Assembly (NCBI GenBank): GCA_024277355.1
Contig: JAJRVL010000004.1
Coordinates: 210,001 to 242,000 of the forward strand
DNA from: an archaeon
Lineage (GTDB): Archaea > Iainarchaeota > Iainarchaeia > Iainarchaeales > 1-14-0-10-31-34
DNA length: 32,000 nt
Reading direction: 5' to 3'
Shown here: positions 19,141 to 28,344 of the stretch, in pieces
Layout: each line of letters opens with the position of its first letter
Numbering within the stretch: position 1 is the first letter of the stretch
The notes under the pieces: model-generated
Databases searched by the model: none
Told to the model about the DNA's origin: nothing
Seen by the model: only the letters and a program-made list of their open reading frames with translations
Program-made: the position numbers and the translations under genes

Positions 19141-20034
19141 TTATTTCATTGTTTTTTGACTGCATTCAATTCCTGAACAACAGTCTTCACTTTCAAGTTC
19201 TATAGTTGAATGCTCTATAAAATGCTTTTTTAATTCCTGTTTGATTTTTTTCTTTAGTTGATCTGGTTTTTTAAGAAAAATATCTTCTGCAACAATATGT
19301 CCTGTAAAAATATTGGTTTCTCCTTCCAAAGACCAAATGTGTATATCATGCACTCCTTTTACACCTTTAATAGAAGATAAATCCTGTTTGACTTTATTGA
19401 TATTAATTTGTTTTGGTACTCCTTCTAACAAAATATTGCCTGCTTCCTTTAGGTTTTTTGTTACACCCCATAAAATAAATACAGTGAAACCAACTGTCAT
19501 AATTGGATCAATTAAATGATTATCCCAGAAAAGCATTATTATGCTTCCAATAAGAATTATTACCCATCCTAACACATCTTCAAGCATATGCCAAGATAAA
19601 ACTTTTTCATTTAAACTCATTCCTTTTTTTAAACGAAAAAAAGCCAGACCATTAAAAAATATTCCTATTAATGCTAAACCCATCATACCTTGTGCATTTA
19701 CATGTTCAGGATTAATAAGACGAGGAATTGCCTGTGAAAGAATAAACAAAGATCCAATTACAAGAACCGTTCCTGCAAAAATTGATGAAAACAATGAAAC
19801 TCTTTGATAACCAAAACTCATTTTTGTGTCTGCAGGTTCTTTTGCTTTTCTTTCAGCAAACCAAGAAGTAATTAAAGCAACACTATCCCCAAAATCATGC
19901 AACGCATCAGATAAAATAGCTAAACTATTAGTCCATAAACCACCGATTATTTCAATAACTGTAAAAGAAACATTCAATAGTATTGCAAGCTTAATATTTT
20001 GTTCACGATCAGCTGTCATCAAACCACTATACAA
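19141..20034 (-). CDS. Cation diffusion facilitator (CzcD/ZitB-like) transporter
   Basis: 297 aa; TNSLAILSDALHDFGDSVAL, SWHMLEDVLGWVIIL, VHDIHIWSLEG; Cys-rich C-terminus (DCCSGIECSQ). Confidence 0.9.
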   Translation of the reverse strand: MYSGLMTADREQNIKLAILLNVSFTVIEIIGGLWTNSLAILSDALHDFGDSVALITSWFAERKAKEPADTKMSFGYQRVSLFSSIFAGTVLVIGSLFILSQAIPRLINPEHVNAQGMMGLALIGIFFNGLAFFRLKKGMSLNEKVLSWHMLEDVLGWVIILIGSIIMLFWDNHLIDPIMTVGFTVFILWGVTKNLKEAGNILLEGVPKQININKVKQDLSSIKGVKGVHDIHIWSLEGETNIFTGHIVAEDIFLKKPDQLKKKIKQELKKHFIEHSTIELESEDCCSGIECSQKTMK

Positions 20035-20114
20035 CAGAATAAAATAAAGTATTTAATAACTAACTTTATTACAACAGACAAAATACATAAATACACTAAA
20101 AACATAATTGTATT

Positions 20115-20480
20115 ATGCTTGAAAAATTATTGTTATTCGTAAATTTAAGTTTATTAATCCTGCATGAAATGGATGCAATCCACTGCAAAGAATGGAAAAT
20201 GTTAGTATTGCTAAACAAACTGACTGATTCAACAGCAAGAATTGTTTTTTCAATTCTGCATTTGCCTTTATTTATAATAATATTTTTTCTTTTAGAATAT
20301 TCCTTTGAAACTTTTTTCTGGATATTAAATATTTTTTTAGTTTTTCATTTATTAATCCACATAATATTTAATAAACATGAATTTAATAATTTTAAATCAA
20401 AATATTCCTTATTTTTGATTACAAGCATGGGATTAATCAGCACAATTAGTATTTTATTAAAAATATTTAATTTAATATAA
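20115..20480 (+). CDS. Small multi-pass membrane protein, possibly DUF6713-like
   Basis: 121 aa, ~4 TM; N-terminal LLILHEMDAIHCKEWKML signature. Confidence 0.5.
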   Translation: MLEKLLLFVNLSLLILHEMDAIHCKEWKMLVLLNKLTDSTARIVFSILHLPLFIIIFFLLEYSFETFFWILNIFLVFHLLIHIIFNKHEFNNFKSKYSLFLITSMGLISTISILLKIFNLI

Positions 20481-20534
20481 ACAACATTAAATTGACCATA
20501 TTCTTTTAATATTAGCAATACCCTTCATATTTCA

Positions 20535-20590
20535 GGCAATGATGATGTTAACACCAGCTGATTCATGATGAATTAACTCAACACTGAGCC
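20535..20590 (+). ncRNA. C/D box sRNA (2'-O-methylation guide)
   Basis: C box ATGATGA 20539-20545; 12-nt guide TGTTAACACCAG 20546-20557; D' CTGA 20558-20561; spacer TTC; C' ATGATGA 20565-20571; 12-nt guide ATTAACTCAACA 20572-20583; D CTGA 20584-20587; flanks GGC (20535-20537) and GCC (20588-20590) pair. Confidence 0.9.
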
Positions 20591-20678
20591 TAAACTGTTT
20601 CGGCAGTTTAGTACTATGTGCTATCTTACAATAGCAGTGCAAAAACCTTTTTCAAAAAAAGTTTAATTAAAAAATTAG

Positions 20679-21284
20679 TTAAGTTAAATCAACTAAAGGC
20701 ATAAAAACAAATTTTCCTTTACTAAAACTAATTAAAAGCAGATTAGATTTGTCAATTTTTGTTCTTAAACAAACTTTTTCAGCAGCATCCTTAAATTGCT
20801 TTTTTGAAAAACCATATTTTTTTTTCAAATCATTAAAAAAATTTATGCCTCTTTTTGTTTTTCCTTTTCCTTTATGCCCTGAAATCTCTTTTATATTTGG
20901 AGCATCTGTTTTAGCCATTGCAATAATATTTTCACTTAAAACAGATGCATTAGGCGCTACTAAAAAATAATTTTCTCCTTTGCCGTAAATTTTATTGTGC
21001 TTTCTTACAGTTCTTTTTACATAAGCTAAAGTGTATTTTGCAGTACCATGAAAAGTTCTTTTTAATACAAACTTTGTTTCGGGAAAATTTCTTGAAACAT
21101 TCATTTCTCTTACACGATTAAACATTGCTTTTGTGTTTTCTGAATGTTCTTTTGACCTGTGATCAGCAATCTTCATTTTCCCTAAAACAGAATAAATTCT
21201 TTTTGTGCCTTGCTTTGGCTTTTCTTTTTTAATTATTTTTTTTAATCTTTTAATCAGAGTATTAGGAACTTTTTTTACAGGCAT
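20679..21284 (-). CDS. Hypothetical protein
   Basis: 201-aa ORF, basic, no family recognised by eye. Confidence 0.55.
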   Translation of the reverse strand: MPVKKVPNTLIKRLKKIIKKEKPKQGTKRIYSVLGKMKIADHRSKEHSENTKAMFNRVREMNVSRNFPETKFVLKRTFHGTAKYTLAYVKRTVRKHNKIYGKGENYFLVAPNASVLSENIIAMAKTDAPNIKEISGHKGKGKTKRGINFFNDLKKKYGFSKKQFKDAAEKVCLRTKIDKSNLLLISFSKGKFVFMPLVDLT

Positions 21285-21388
21285 AATAATTAAAACTTCA
21301 GAAAAAAATAAAAAAGCAAGGAACCTTAAATGTCCTCTTTTTTCAGAATAATTTTGCCTAATTTTATTAGCATTATTAGTAGAATAGA

Positions 21389-21595
21389 TTATTTAGTTTC
21401 TTTTTCATCCCAGAATGATTCTTCTTTGAATTTGCTTCTTCTGAAAATACCCATTGAATGTCTGCATGGTTTTCCTGTAACAGAACAATGCTTTATACAG
21501 CAGGATTGATGCACTATTCCATCCTTAAATTTACATAAAATTATTTTATCTTTTATTCTGCCGAATTCTTTTGAACATATTTTACATTCCAGCAT
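21389..21595 (-). CDS. Small zinc-binding protein
   Basis: 68 aa; MLECKICSKEFGRIKDKIILCKF...HQSCCIKHCSVTGKPCRHS with multiple Cys/His ligands. Confidence 0.55.
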   Translation of the reverse strand: MLECKICSKEFGRIKDKIILCKFKDGIVHQSCCIKHCSVTGKPCRHSMGIFRRSKFKEESFWDEKETK

Positions 21596-21610
21596 AACAA
21601 AAAGATTATA

Positions 21611-22318
21611 TTGCGTTTTAGTTTAATATTTAATGGTATGCAGAAAGTATTGAATTTTGGAACAAAACAAAAAAAAGAAATAAAAGAATTTCTGAATGAA
21701 TTTGAAGAAAAAGAAACAAAAACTGAATTTGAAGAAAAAAGAGTTAAAATAAATGATTCAACTATAACTCTTTATTCAAGCGGAAGAATTGTAATTCAGG
21801 GAAATGACTGTGAAAAAGTTGCAGAAAAATTCCTGAAAAAAATTAATTCTGAAACAAAAACTATTATTGGAATAGATGAAACAGGAAGAGGAGAAAATAC
21901 AGGTCCTTTTGTTATTTCAGCAGTATTAGGAGAAACAGGAAAATTAATTGAATTAAGGGACAGCAAAAAAACAAATAAAATAAAAGAAAAAAACGATTTA
22001 GTTATGGAAAAATCAAAAAGCCAGATAATTTTTTCTTTTAATGCAGAGTATATTGACGAATTAAGAAATAAAGGAGAAACAATGGATTCAATTGAAGCAA
22101 AAGCCATTAATTCAGTTATTAGTTTTTTTGATTCAGTTAAAGAAGAAAGGGAATTGTTAATTGATGGAAAAGAAATAAAAGGAATAAAAAAAGGAAAATT
22201 TATTGTTAAAGGCGATGACTTAGAACCAGTTATTGGGGCTGCAAGCGTTATATCAAAAAATTTCAGGGAAAACTCTAAAGATGAAAAAATAAGGAAAAGC
22301 TGGAAAACAAAAAATTAG
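21611..22318 (+). CDS. Ribonuclease HIII-like protein (true start may be the ATG at 21635)
   Basis: N-terminal TBP-like segment STITLYSSGRIVIQGND; catalytic segments IIGIDETGRGENTGP, LLIDGKEIKG, VKGDDLEPVIGAASVISKNFRE. Confidence 0.75.
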   Translation: MRFSLIFNGMQKVLNFGTKQKKEIKEFLNEFEEKETKTEFEEKRVKINDSTITLYSSGRIVIQGNDCEKVAEKFLKKINSETKTIIGIDETGRGENTGPFVISAVLGETGKLIELRDSKKTNKIKEKNDLVMEKSKSQIIFSFNAEYIDELRNKGETMDSIEAKAINSVISFFDSVKEERELLIDGKEIKGIKKGKFIVKGDDLEPVIGAASVISKNFRENSKDEKIRKSWKTKN

Positions 22319-22881
22319 TGTTCTAAAAAATTCATTCTTGTTTTTAATTCAAAAACTTCTTTTTCAGTTAAATCTTCTTTAATTATTTTTTCTCCGATTA
22401 ATGCTCCATTTCCAAAAGGGTCTTTAACAATTACAGTGAAAATAAATTTTACTTCTTTTGCGTCTGTAATTCTTTTCATTAGTTTTTCTTTTACTTTTTG
22501 TGCATCTTTTTCTTCTTCTTCAAAAGCAGTAAAAGACAACGATTCTTCTATTTTATTTAATAAACCTTCAATATTAGTAAAATAACCCTGCGAATTAACT
22601 GTTGGTTCAATTCTTGCACCAATTTCAGGAATAATTACAGTTGAAGTGCTTGACTTAACTATCTTAACAGTTAAATCTTTTTCTGTTTTAATTTCAACTG
22701 AATATTTTACCGGCTTTTTTTCTGAATCAGATGAAACATCATTTAAATTAAAATTACATTCAGTGCATCTTAAATTAGAAAATAATGTTTTACCAAAATG
22801 AGGAATTTCTTTAATTAATTCAGTCATAACTGCTTTTCCTTTGCATGAAGGACACTCAATTGACATTGAAACTTTATCCAT
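22315..22881 (-). CDS. ZPR1-type zinc finger domain protein
   Basis: 188 aa; ECPSCKGKAVMTELIKEIPHFGKTLFSNLRCTECNFNLNDV, VIIPEIGARIEPTVNSQGYFTNIEGLL. Confidence 0.88.
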   Translation of the reverse strand: MDKVSMSIECPSCKGKAVMTELIKEIPHFGKTLFSNLRCTECNFNLNDVSSDSEKKPVKYSVEIKTEKDLTVKIVKSSTSTVIIPEIGARIEPTVNSQGYFTNIEGLLNKIEESLSFTAFEEEEKDAQKVKEKLMKRITDAKEVKFIFTVIVKDPFGNGALIGEKIIKEDLTEKEVFELKTRMNFLEH

Positions 22882-22919
22882 AAAAAAACCTAAATAAAAT
22901 AAGATAAAAACAATTTTAA

Positions 22920-23450
22920 TTACTTTTTTTTAGAAGTATTAAAAACCAGTGAATGAATTTTCCTGTTTAATTCTTCTTCTTTCTTTTTTATTGAAATAGT
23001 TTTTGGTTTTACTTTAATTTCTCTGAATTCATTTAACTGCATTAAAAGTTTTTTTATTGCCTCTAATTCAATCTTAGTGCTTCTCTTAAAGTCTTCCAGT
23101 CTTCTTATTTTTTCTTCAAATTTTGTTTCATTTGGAGAAGAAGACAAAACAGAATTAATTGAAACTAAAATTGTTTCCATTTCAGCAATCTTTTCATGAG
23201 CTAAACTTATTTTTTCATTAACTGTTCTTAAAGAACTCTGAACAGAATAAACATCCTCAATATACGCTTCAGGCAAAGAAGCACTGTTTTCCTGAATGCT
23301 TTCAGTTTCTTCAGTTGTATTTGACTGCAAAACCTGTTCTTTAATTGCTTCAATACTGTTTTTTTTAGTTGAAGTGAAATATAATAAGCCATTACCAAAA
23401 ACTAAAGAAACAATCAAAACAACCAAAAAGTCTGAAATCATAATAATCAC
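22920..23450 (-). CDS. Hypothetical protein with one N-terminal TM helix and coiled coil
   Basis: 176 aa; IMISDFLVVLIVSLVFGNGLLYF then heptad-rich segment. Confidence 0.55.
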   Translation of the reverse strand: MIIMISDFLVVLIVSLVFGNGLLYFTSTKKNSIEAIKEQVLQSNTTEETESIQENSASLPEAYIEDVYSVQSSLRTVNEKISLAHEKIAEMETILVSINSVLSSSPNETKFEEKIRRLEDFKRSTKIELEAIKKLLMQLNEFREIKVKPKTISIKKKEEELNRKIHSLVFNTSKKK

Positions 23451-23516
23451 TTAAAAGTAATAACAATTCTGACTGAAAAAATATATATTTATTGTGGTTG
23501 ACATATAATGAATTAA

Positions 23517-24563
23517 ATGGAAAAAAGAAAAAGTAAATTACTGGAAAAAATCACTGAAACAGAGAAAATTCTTTTTTTAGGCAAAGCAGATATAGATGCA
23601 GTAAGCTTTCTTTCAGAAAAAAATAAAGTTACAGCTGTCTTTACTAAAATAAATGAAAAAAATTTAATTGAAAAATCAGTTAAAAACAGAAATCTTAAAA
23701 CAATTCTTGCTGATTCTTTTGAAAATATAAAAGAACAGTTTTCTTCTTCTTTTGTTTTTCATGAAGATTTTATGGGAAGACAAGGAACAAAAGAAGTTTT
23801 AGTTCAGGCAGGAGAAAAAACTAAATTAAATGGAAAAATTTATTTTTTATGCAAGACTTCAAGAGGAGCAAAAAACTTTCAGAAAACAATGAAAGAATTA
23901 TTTGGAAACGTAAAAGTGATTTCAGTTAAAGGAGGATTAAGGTTAATTGAATCCATAAAAAAGAAAAAAATAATTGAAGGGAATGAAACAGCAAAAGAAT
24001 TAAATGAAGAAAAAACAAAAAAACAAAAAGAATTCTTTGAATTTAAATTCAATCAGAAAGATTATTTTTTTAAGTCTTCTTTTGGGGTTTTTTCAAAAAA
24101 TAGAATTGATTCAGGAACAAAACTTCTTTTAGAAACAATTAAAGTTAAAGGAAAAAAAATCCTTGATTTTGGCTGCGGAACAGGAGCAATAGGAATTGTT
24201 TTAGCAAAAGAAAATCCTAAAACAAAATTATTAATGCTTGATTCAGATTTAAAATCAGTTTTTTTAGCAGAAAAAAACATTGAATTAAATAAAGTAAATA
24301 ACGCTAAAGCAGTTGTTTCAGATGGCTTTCAGAAAATTAAAGGAAAATTTAATTTAATTGTTTCTAATCCTCCAACACATAATAAAAGAGATTTCTTAGA
24401 AAAATTTGTTTTAAATTCATTTAAGCATTTAGAAAAAAACGGAAAATTAGTTGTTGTTTTAAATAAAAAAGTTTTTTTGGAAAAAGAAATACAGGAAGTT
24501 TTTGGGAATCATGAAATTTCAGCTGAAGGAAAAGAACACAAAGTGATTACAGGGCAAAAATAA
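23517..24563 (+). CDS. RsmC-like class I methyltransferase
   Basis: 348 aa; FFKSSFGVFSKNRIDSGTKLLLE, KILDFGCGTGAIGIVLAKENP, FNLIVSNPPTHNKRDF. Confidence 0.8.
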   Translation: MEKRKSKLLEKITETEKILFLGKADIDAVSFLSEKNKVTAVFTKINEKNLIEKSVKNRNLKTILADSFENIKEQFSSSFVFHEDFMGRQGTKEVLVQAGEKTKLNGKIYFLCKTSRGAKNFQKTMKELFGNVKVISVKGGLRLIESIKKKKIIEGNETAKELNEEKTKKQKEFFEFKFNQKDYFFKSSFGVFSKNRIDSGTKLLLETIKVKGKKILDFGCGTGAIGIVLAKENPKTKLLMLDSDLKSVFLAEKNIELNKVNNAKAVVSDGFQKIKGKFNLIVSNPPTHNKRDFLEKFVLNSFKHLEKNGKLVVVLNKKVFLEKEIQEVFGNHEISAEGKEHKVITGQK

Positions 24564-24564
24564 A

Positions 24565-25308
24565 TTAAATTCCAAAAAATTCTTCTGCGTTTTTTGTTGT
24601 TTTTTCTGCTAGTTCCTCAAAAGAAATGTTTTTTTCTGCTGCAAGTTTTTCTGCGACTTTTTTAACCCAAAAAGGTTTAGCTTTAATTCCATTAAATTCA
24701 ACAGGAGAATCAGTTTCAAGCATTAAATTATCTAAAGGAATAAGCAATGCTTTCTGAAGATATTCTTGATTAAATAAAACTGCAGGACCAACAGAAAAAA
24801 AATAATTTTTTGCAGCTGCTTTTGGAAAAAGGTTTTGACTTCCGTCAAACCAATGCAGTAAAACTTTTCCACTGAATTCAAAAAGAATTTCTAAAGATTT
24901 TTTTTCTGCATATCTTGAATGAATTACCACTGGAAGAGAATTTTCTTCTGCAATTAAAAGCTGTTCTTTGTAAACTTTAATTTGTTTTTGTTTTTCTAAA
25001 TCAGTTTTAGCATGCTTAAAATCAATTCCAATTTCTCCTATTGCTGTTGCATAATTAATATTTGTTTTAAGGAGTTCAATTGCATTAAAAATTTCTTTTG
25101 AATTCATTGAAAGCACATTAGAAGGATGTAAACCTAAACAGCATTTAATTTCACTGAATTTTTGTGAAATTTCAATGTTTTGTTCCATTGAAGTTAAATC
25201 AACAGAAGAAGAAATAATCTTTTTTATTCCATTAGCAAGAGATTCTGCAATTAATTCTTCAAGATTTTCAAGCATTTCAATATGACAGTGAACATCAACT
25301 AAATACAT
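24565..25308 (-). CDS. TatD family deoxyribonuclease
   Basis: 247 aa; LVDVHCHIEMLENL, IGEIGIDFKHAKTD, PVVIHSRYAEKKSLEIL, LMLETDSPVEFNG. Confidence 0.92.
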   Translation of the reverse strand: MYLVDVHCHIEMLENLEELIAESLANGIKKIISSSVDLTSMEQNIEISQKFSEIKCCLGLHPSNVLSMNSKEIFNAIELLKTNINYATAIGEIGIDFKHAKTDLEKQKQIKVYKEQLLIAEENSLPVVIHSRYAEKKSLEILFEFSGKVLLHWFDGSQNLFPKAAAKNYFFSVGPAVLFNQEYLQKALLIPLDNLMLETDSPVEFNGIKAKPFWVKKVAEKLAAEKNISFEELAEKTTKNAEEFFGI

Positions 25309-25370
25309 AAAAAACTAACAAACTCGTTAAATTTAAAAAACAAACTAAAGCATTTTCTTTAAGTGATTAA

Positions 25371-26561
25371 ATGGAAGAAAAAAAAGAATCAATAAAACAG
25401 GAAAAAAAAGAAGTAAAAACAGAAGAAACAAAAAAAGAAATTCAGAAAACAACAGGAAAAAAAGAAATAACAGAAACAAAACCAAAAAAACAAAAAATTA
25501 ATGAAAAAATACCTGAAAAAAAAGAAGAAATAAAAGAAGAAAACATCCAAGAAAAAAAAATAAAAAAACCGTTTCCTGTTGTAATTACTATTTTAGCAGT
25601 AATTTTTCTTATTGTTGCAGGATTTGCAGTAAACAAACTTTTTTTTGAAAACACAAAACAAGGAGAATGGACCGAAACAACAAAACAAGTTGTTGAAATA
25701 AAAAACTTTTATTCATCTGAATGCAGTTTCTGTGAAAAAGAAAATTCAATTATTGCAAATTTTAATGCAAGAGACATAAATGTTACTGTTGAATCAATTG
25801 ATTTAGCCAAAGAAGAAAATAAGCATTTTATTGAAGAATTTAATTTGGAAATGATTCCTTCTGCTTTAGTTAATGCAAAAGACTTAGAAGAATATCCTTT
25901 TGAAGAAAATTTAATTAAACAAAGTTTTATTCTATTAAAAAATTATTATGTTATTCCTGAAGCATATCTTGACTCTAATCCTCATAATTTAATGTTATTA
26001 GATGAAACACAAGAATGCAGGGAAGGAAAAAAAATTTTTGTTGAAGAATTTTTAGATTATCAGTGTTTAGGATGCGCTATGTTATTAGAACCTGCAAAAC
26101 AGGCAAGAGCAAACTTTGCGGGTGAAATAATTTTTAAACATAAAAATTTTATTGTGCATGAAAATTCAGAGAATGCAGCTATTGCAGCTGAATGTGCAGC
26201 ACAACAAAACAGGTTTTTTGAATTTAATCAGTATTTATTTGAAAAAAGCTTTCCGCAGGTATTTGGAATTCAAAAAGAAGGAGTAAATAATTCTTCTAAT
26301 TCAATAATCCAGACAGGACTGCTTTTAACCAGTATTCCTGACACTAATTCATTTAACTATTGCTTTTCACAAAAAGAACCCTTAAAAAAAATTAATGAAG
26401 AAACCGCATTAGCAAAATCTTATGGAATAAATTATGCACCTTCATTAGTATTTGACTGTAAATATATAGTTCAGGGACAGGAACAAACAAGCAAAATTGA
26501 AGAATTAATATGCCAGATTCACCCTGAATTAAAAAAATGTGTAAAAGACAAAACTGCCTGA
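25371..26561 (+). CDS. Membrane-anchored thioredoxin-fold (DsbA-like) protein with two candidate redox domains
   Basis: 396 aa; ~75-residue K/E-rich N-terminus, one TM helix (VVITILAVIFLIVAGFAV), FYSSECSFCEK (CxxC) and FLDYQCLGCAMLLEPAK...GEIIFKHKNF (CxxC). Confidence 0.78.
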   Translation: MEEKKESIKQEKKEVKTEETKKEIQKTTGKKEITETKPKKQKINEKIPEKKEEIKEENIQEKKIKKPFPVVITILAVIFLIVAGFAVNKLFFENTKQGEWTETTKQVVEIKNFYSSECSFCEKENSIIANFNARDINVTVESIDLAKEENKHFIEEFNLEMIPSALVNAKDLEEYPFEENLIKQSFILLKNYYVIPEAYLDSNPHNLMLLDETQECREGKKIFVEEFLDYQCLGCAMLLEPAKQARANFAGEIIFKHKNFIVHENSENAAIAAECAAQQNRFFEFNQYLFEKSFPQVFGIQKEGVNNSSNSIIQTGLLLTSIPDTNSFNYCFSQKEPLKKINEETALAKSYGINYAPSLVFDCKYIVQGQEQTSKIEELICQIHPELKKCVKDKTA

Positions 26562-26591
26562 AAATATTCAAAAAGCAGAAAGGAAAACTAA

Positions 26592-27179
26592 ATGAAAAAA
26601 TTCATTGAATTAAACGGATTAAAGTTATTTAAAGAAAAAGAAGTTTATTTTCCAAGAGAAGACTCTTTGTTGTTAGCAGAAACAGTTAAAGTAAAAAAAA
26701 ATTCAAATGTTCTTGATTTAGGATGCGGAACAGGAATAATTGGTTTACTTGCCGTAAAACAAAAAGCAAAAGTTTTATGTGCTGATGTTAATACTAAAGC
26801 ATTAAAATTAACAAAAAAAAATGCAGAAGAAAACAATCTGAAAATAAAAACAACTGAAAGCAATTTGTTTTCTAATATAAAAGAAAAATTTGATTTTATT
26901 TTCTTTAATCCACCTTATGTAATAGAAGAAGGAAACAAAAAAGATTTGATTGAAACTGCAATTAACGGAGGAAAAAAAGGAAGAGAAATAATAGATTTAT
27001 TTATTCCTCAAATAAAAAATCATTTAACTGAAAAAGGAAACTGTTTTCTTTTGCAGTCAGACTTAAATGGAATAAAAGAAACAACAAAAAAACTTGAAAA
27101 ACAAGGATTAAAACATTTAATAATAAAAAGAAAAAGAATCTTTTTTGAGGAATTAATTGTATTTAAGATTTGGTTTTAA
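26592..27179 (+). CDS. HemK2/MTQ2-like methyltransferase
   Basis: 195 aa; VYFPREDSLLLAETV, VLDLGCGTGIIGLLAV, FDFIFFNPPYV. Confidence 0.88.
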   Translation: MKKFIELNGLKLFKEKEVYFPREDSLLLAETVKVKKNSNVLDLGCGTGIIGLLAVKQKAKVLCADVNTKALKLTKKNAEENNLKIKTTESNLFSNIKEKFDFIFFNPPYVIEEGNKKDLIETAINGGKKGREIIDLFIPQIKNHLTEKGNCFLLQSDLNGIKETTKKLEKQGLKHLIIKRKRIFFEELIVFKIWF

Positions 27180-27204
27180 ATATTTTCAGTAACAAAAGAT
27201 TATT

Positions 27205-28344
27205 ATGCCTTCAAATGCCGATTATAAATATGGTGCAGCAGAAAAAAAATATCATGATGCAAAAACAGATATTGAAAAACTTGCAGCATTACAGGAAATG
27301 AAATCAACTGCACCAAAACATAAAGGAGCAGAAAAATTAAGGGCAGGAATAAGCAAGAAAATTTCTTTGCTGAAAAAACAAATAGAAAAACAAAAACAAG
27401 CTAAAACTGCAAGCGGTTCAGGATATTCAATTAATGTAAAAAAAGAAGGTTCAGGACAAATTGCAGTAATAGGCCTTCCTAATTCAGGCAAAAGTTCTTT
27501 GATTAATGCAATAAGCAATGCATCAATTCTTGTTGAAGACTATGAATTCACTACAACTAAACCTGAAATTGCAACATTAGACTACAAAGAAGCAATGGTT
27601 CAATTAGTTGAAGTGCCTGCAATAATTAAAGATTCATCTAAAGGAAAAGCAAACGGAACACAAATTCTTTCAATTATAAGAAATGCTGATGCAGTAGTAA
27701 TTGTATTAGAAGAAAAAAAAGCAGAAGAACAATTAAAAATAATTTTAAATGAAACAAATAATGCAAACATCAGGTTAAATCAAAGAAAACCTTTAATTAA
27801 AATAACTTCATCAAAATTTCCCGGAATAAATATTGCAGGAAAAAAATTTCTTAAAATAAAAGAAGAAACATTAATTGAATTTCTTAAAACTATGTCATTA
27901 CAAAACTGCAATGTAATAATAAATGAAAAAGCAGACTTAAAGAAAATTTCAGAAGTATTAGACAACAGAATAGTATACAAAAAAGTGCTTGCAGTAACAA
28001 CAAAAGAAAAAAAAGAAAAAACTGAATTAAAGGATTTAGAAGGAAACAAAATTAATTCAATTTATTTTTCAAAAGAAAACATTCAGGAAATAAAAAAAGA
28101 AATTTTCTCTTTGCTGGATAAAATATTAATTTATACAAGAAAACCCGGAGAAAAAGAAAATTTAAATGAACCATTAGTTCTACCTAAAGGAACAACAGTA
28201 AGCAAAGTTGCAGGAATACTTCACAGAGATTTTGCTCAAAACTTAAAGTATGTTAAAGTATGGGGTTCAGGTTCATTTCCCGGACAAAAAGTATCAAAAA
28301 ACTTTAAACTGCAGAACGGAGACTTAATTGAAGTTTATTCTTAA
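27205..28344 (+). CDS. DRG/Obg-type GTPase-like protein with TGS domain
   Basis: 379 aa; HKGAEKLRAGISKKISLLKKQIEKQKQ, Walker A-like GLPNSGKSS, C-terminal TGS PLVLPKGTTVSKVAGILHRDFAQNLKYVKVWG. Confidence 0.85.
   Translation: MPSNADYKYGAAEKKYHDAKTDIEKLAALQEMKSTAPKHKGAEKLRAGISKKISLLKKQIEKQKQAKTASGSGYSINVKKEGSGQIAVIGLPNSGKSSLINAISNASILVEDYEFTTTKPEIATLDYKEAMVQLVEVPAIIKDSSKGKANGTQILSIIRNADAVVIVLEEKKAEEQLKIILNETNNANIRLNQRKPLIKITSSKFPGINIAGKKFLKIKEETLIEFLKTMSLQNCNVIINEKADLKKISEVLDNRIVYKKVLAVTTKEKKEKTELKDLEGNKINSIYFSKENIQEIKKEIFSLLDKILIYTRKPGEKENLNEPLVLPKGTTVSKVAGILHRDFAQNLKYVKVWGSGSFPGQKVSKNFKLQNGDLIEVYS

Noticed and set aside
20749-22107. Shadow ORFs 20749-20970(+) and 21796-22107(-)
   Set aside because: Opposite better-supported ORFs; the second is antisense to the RNase H catalytic motifs.
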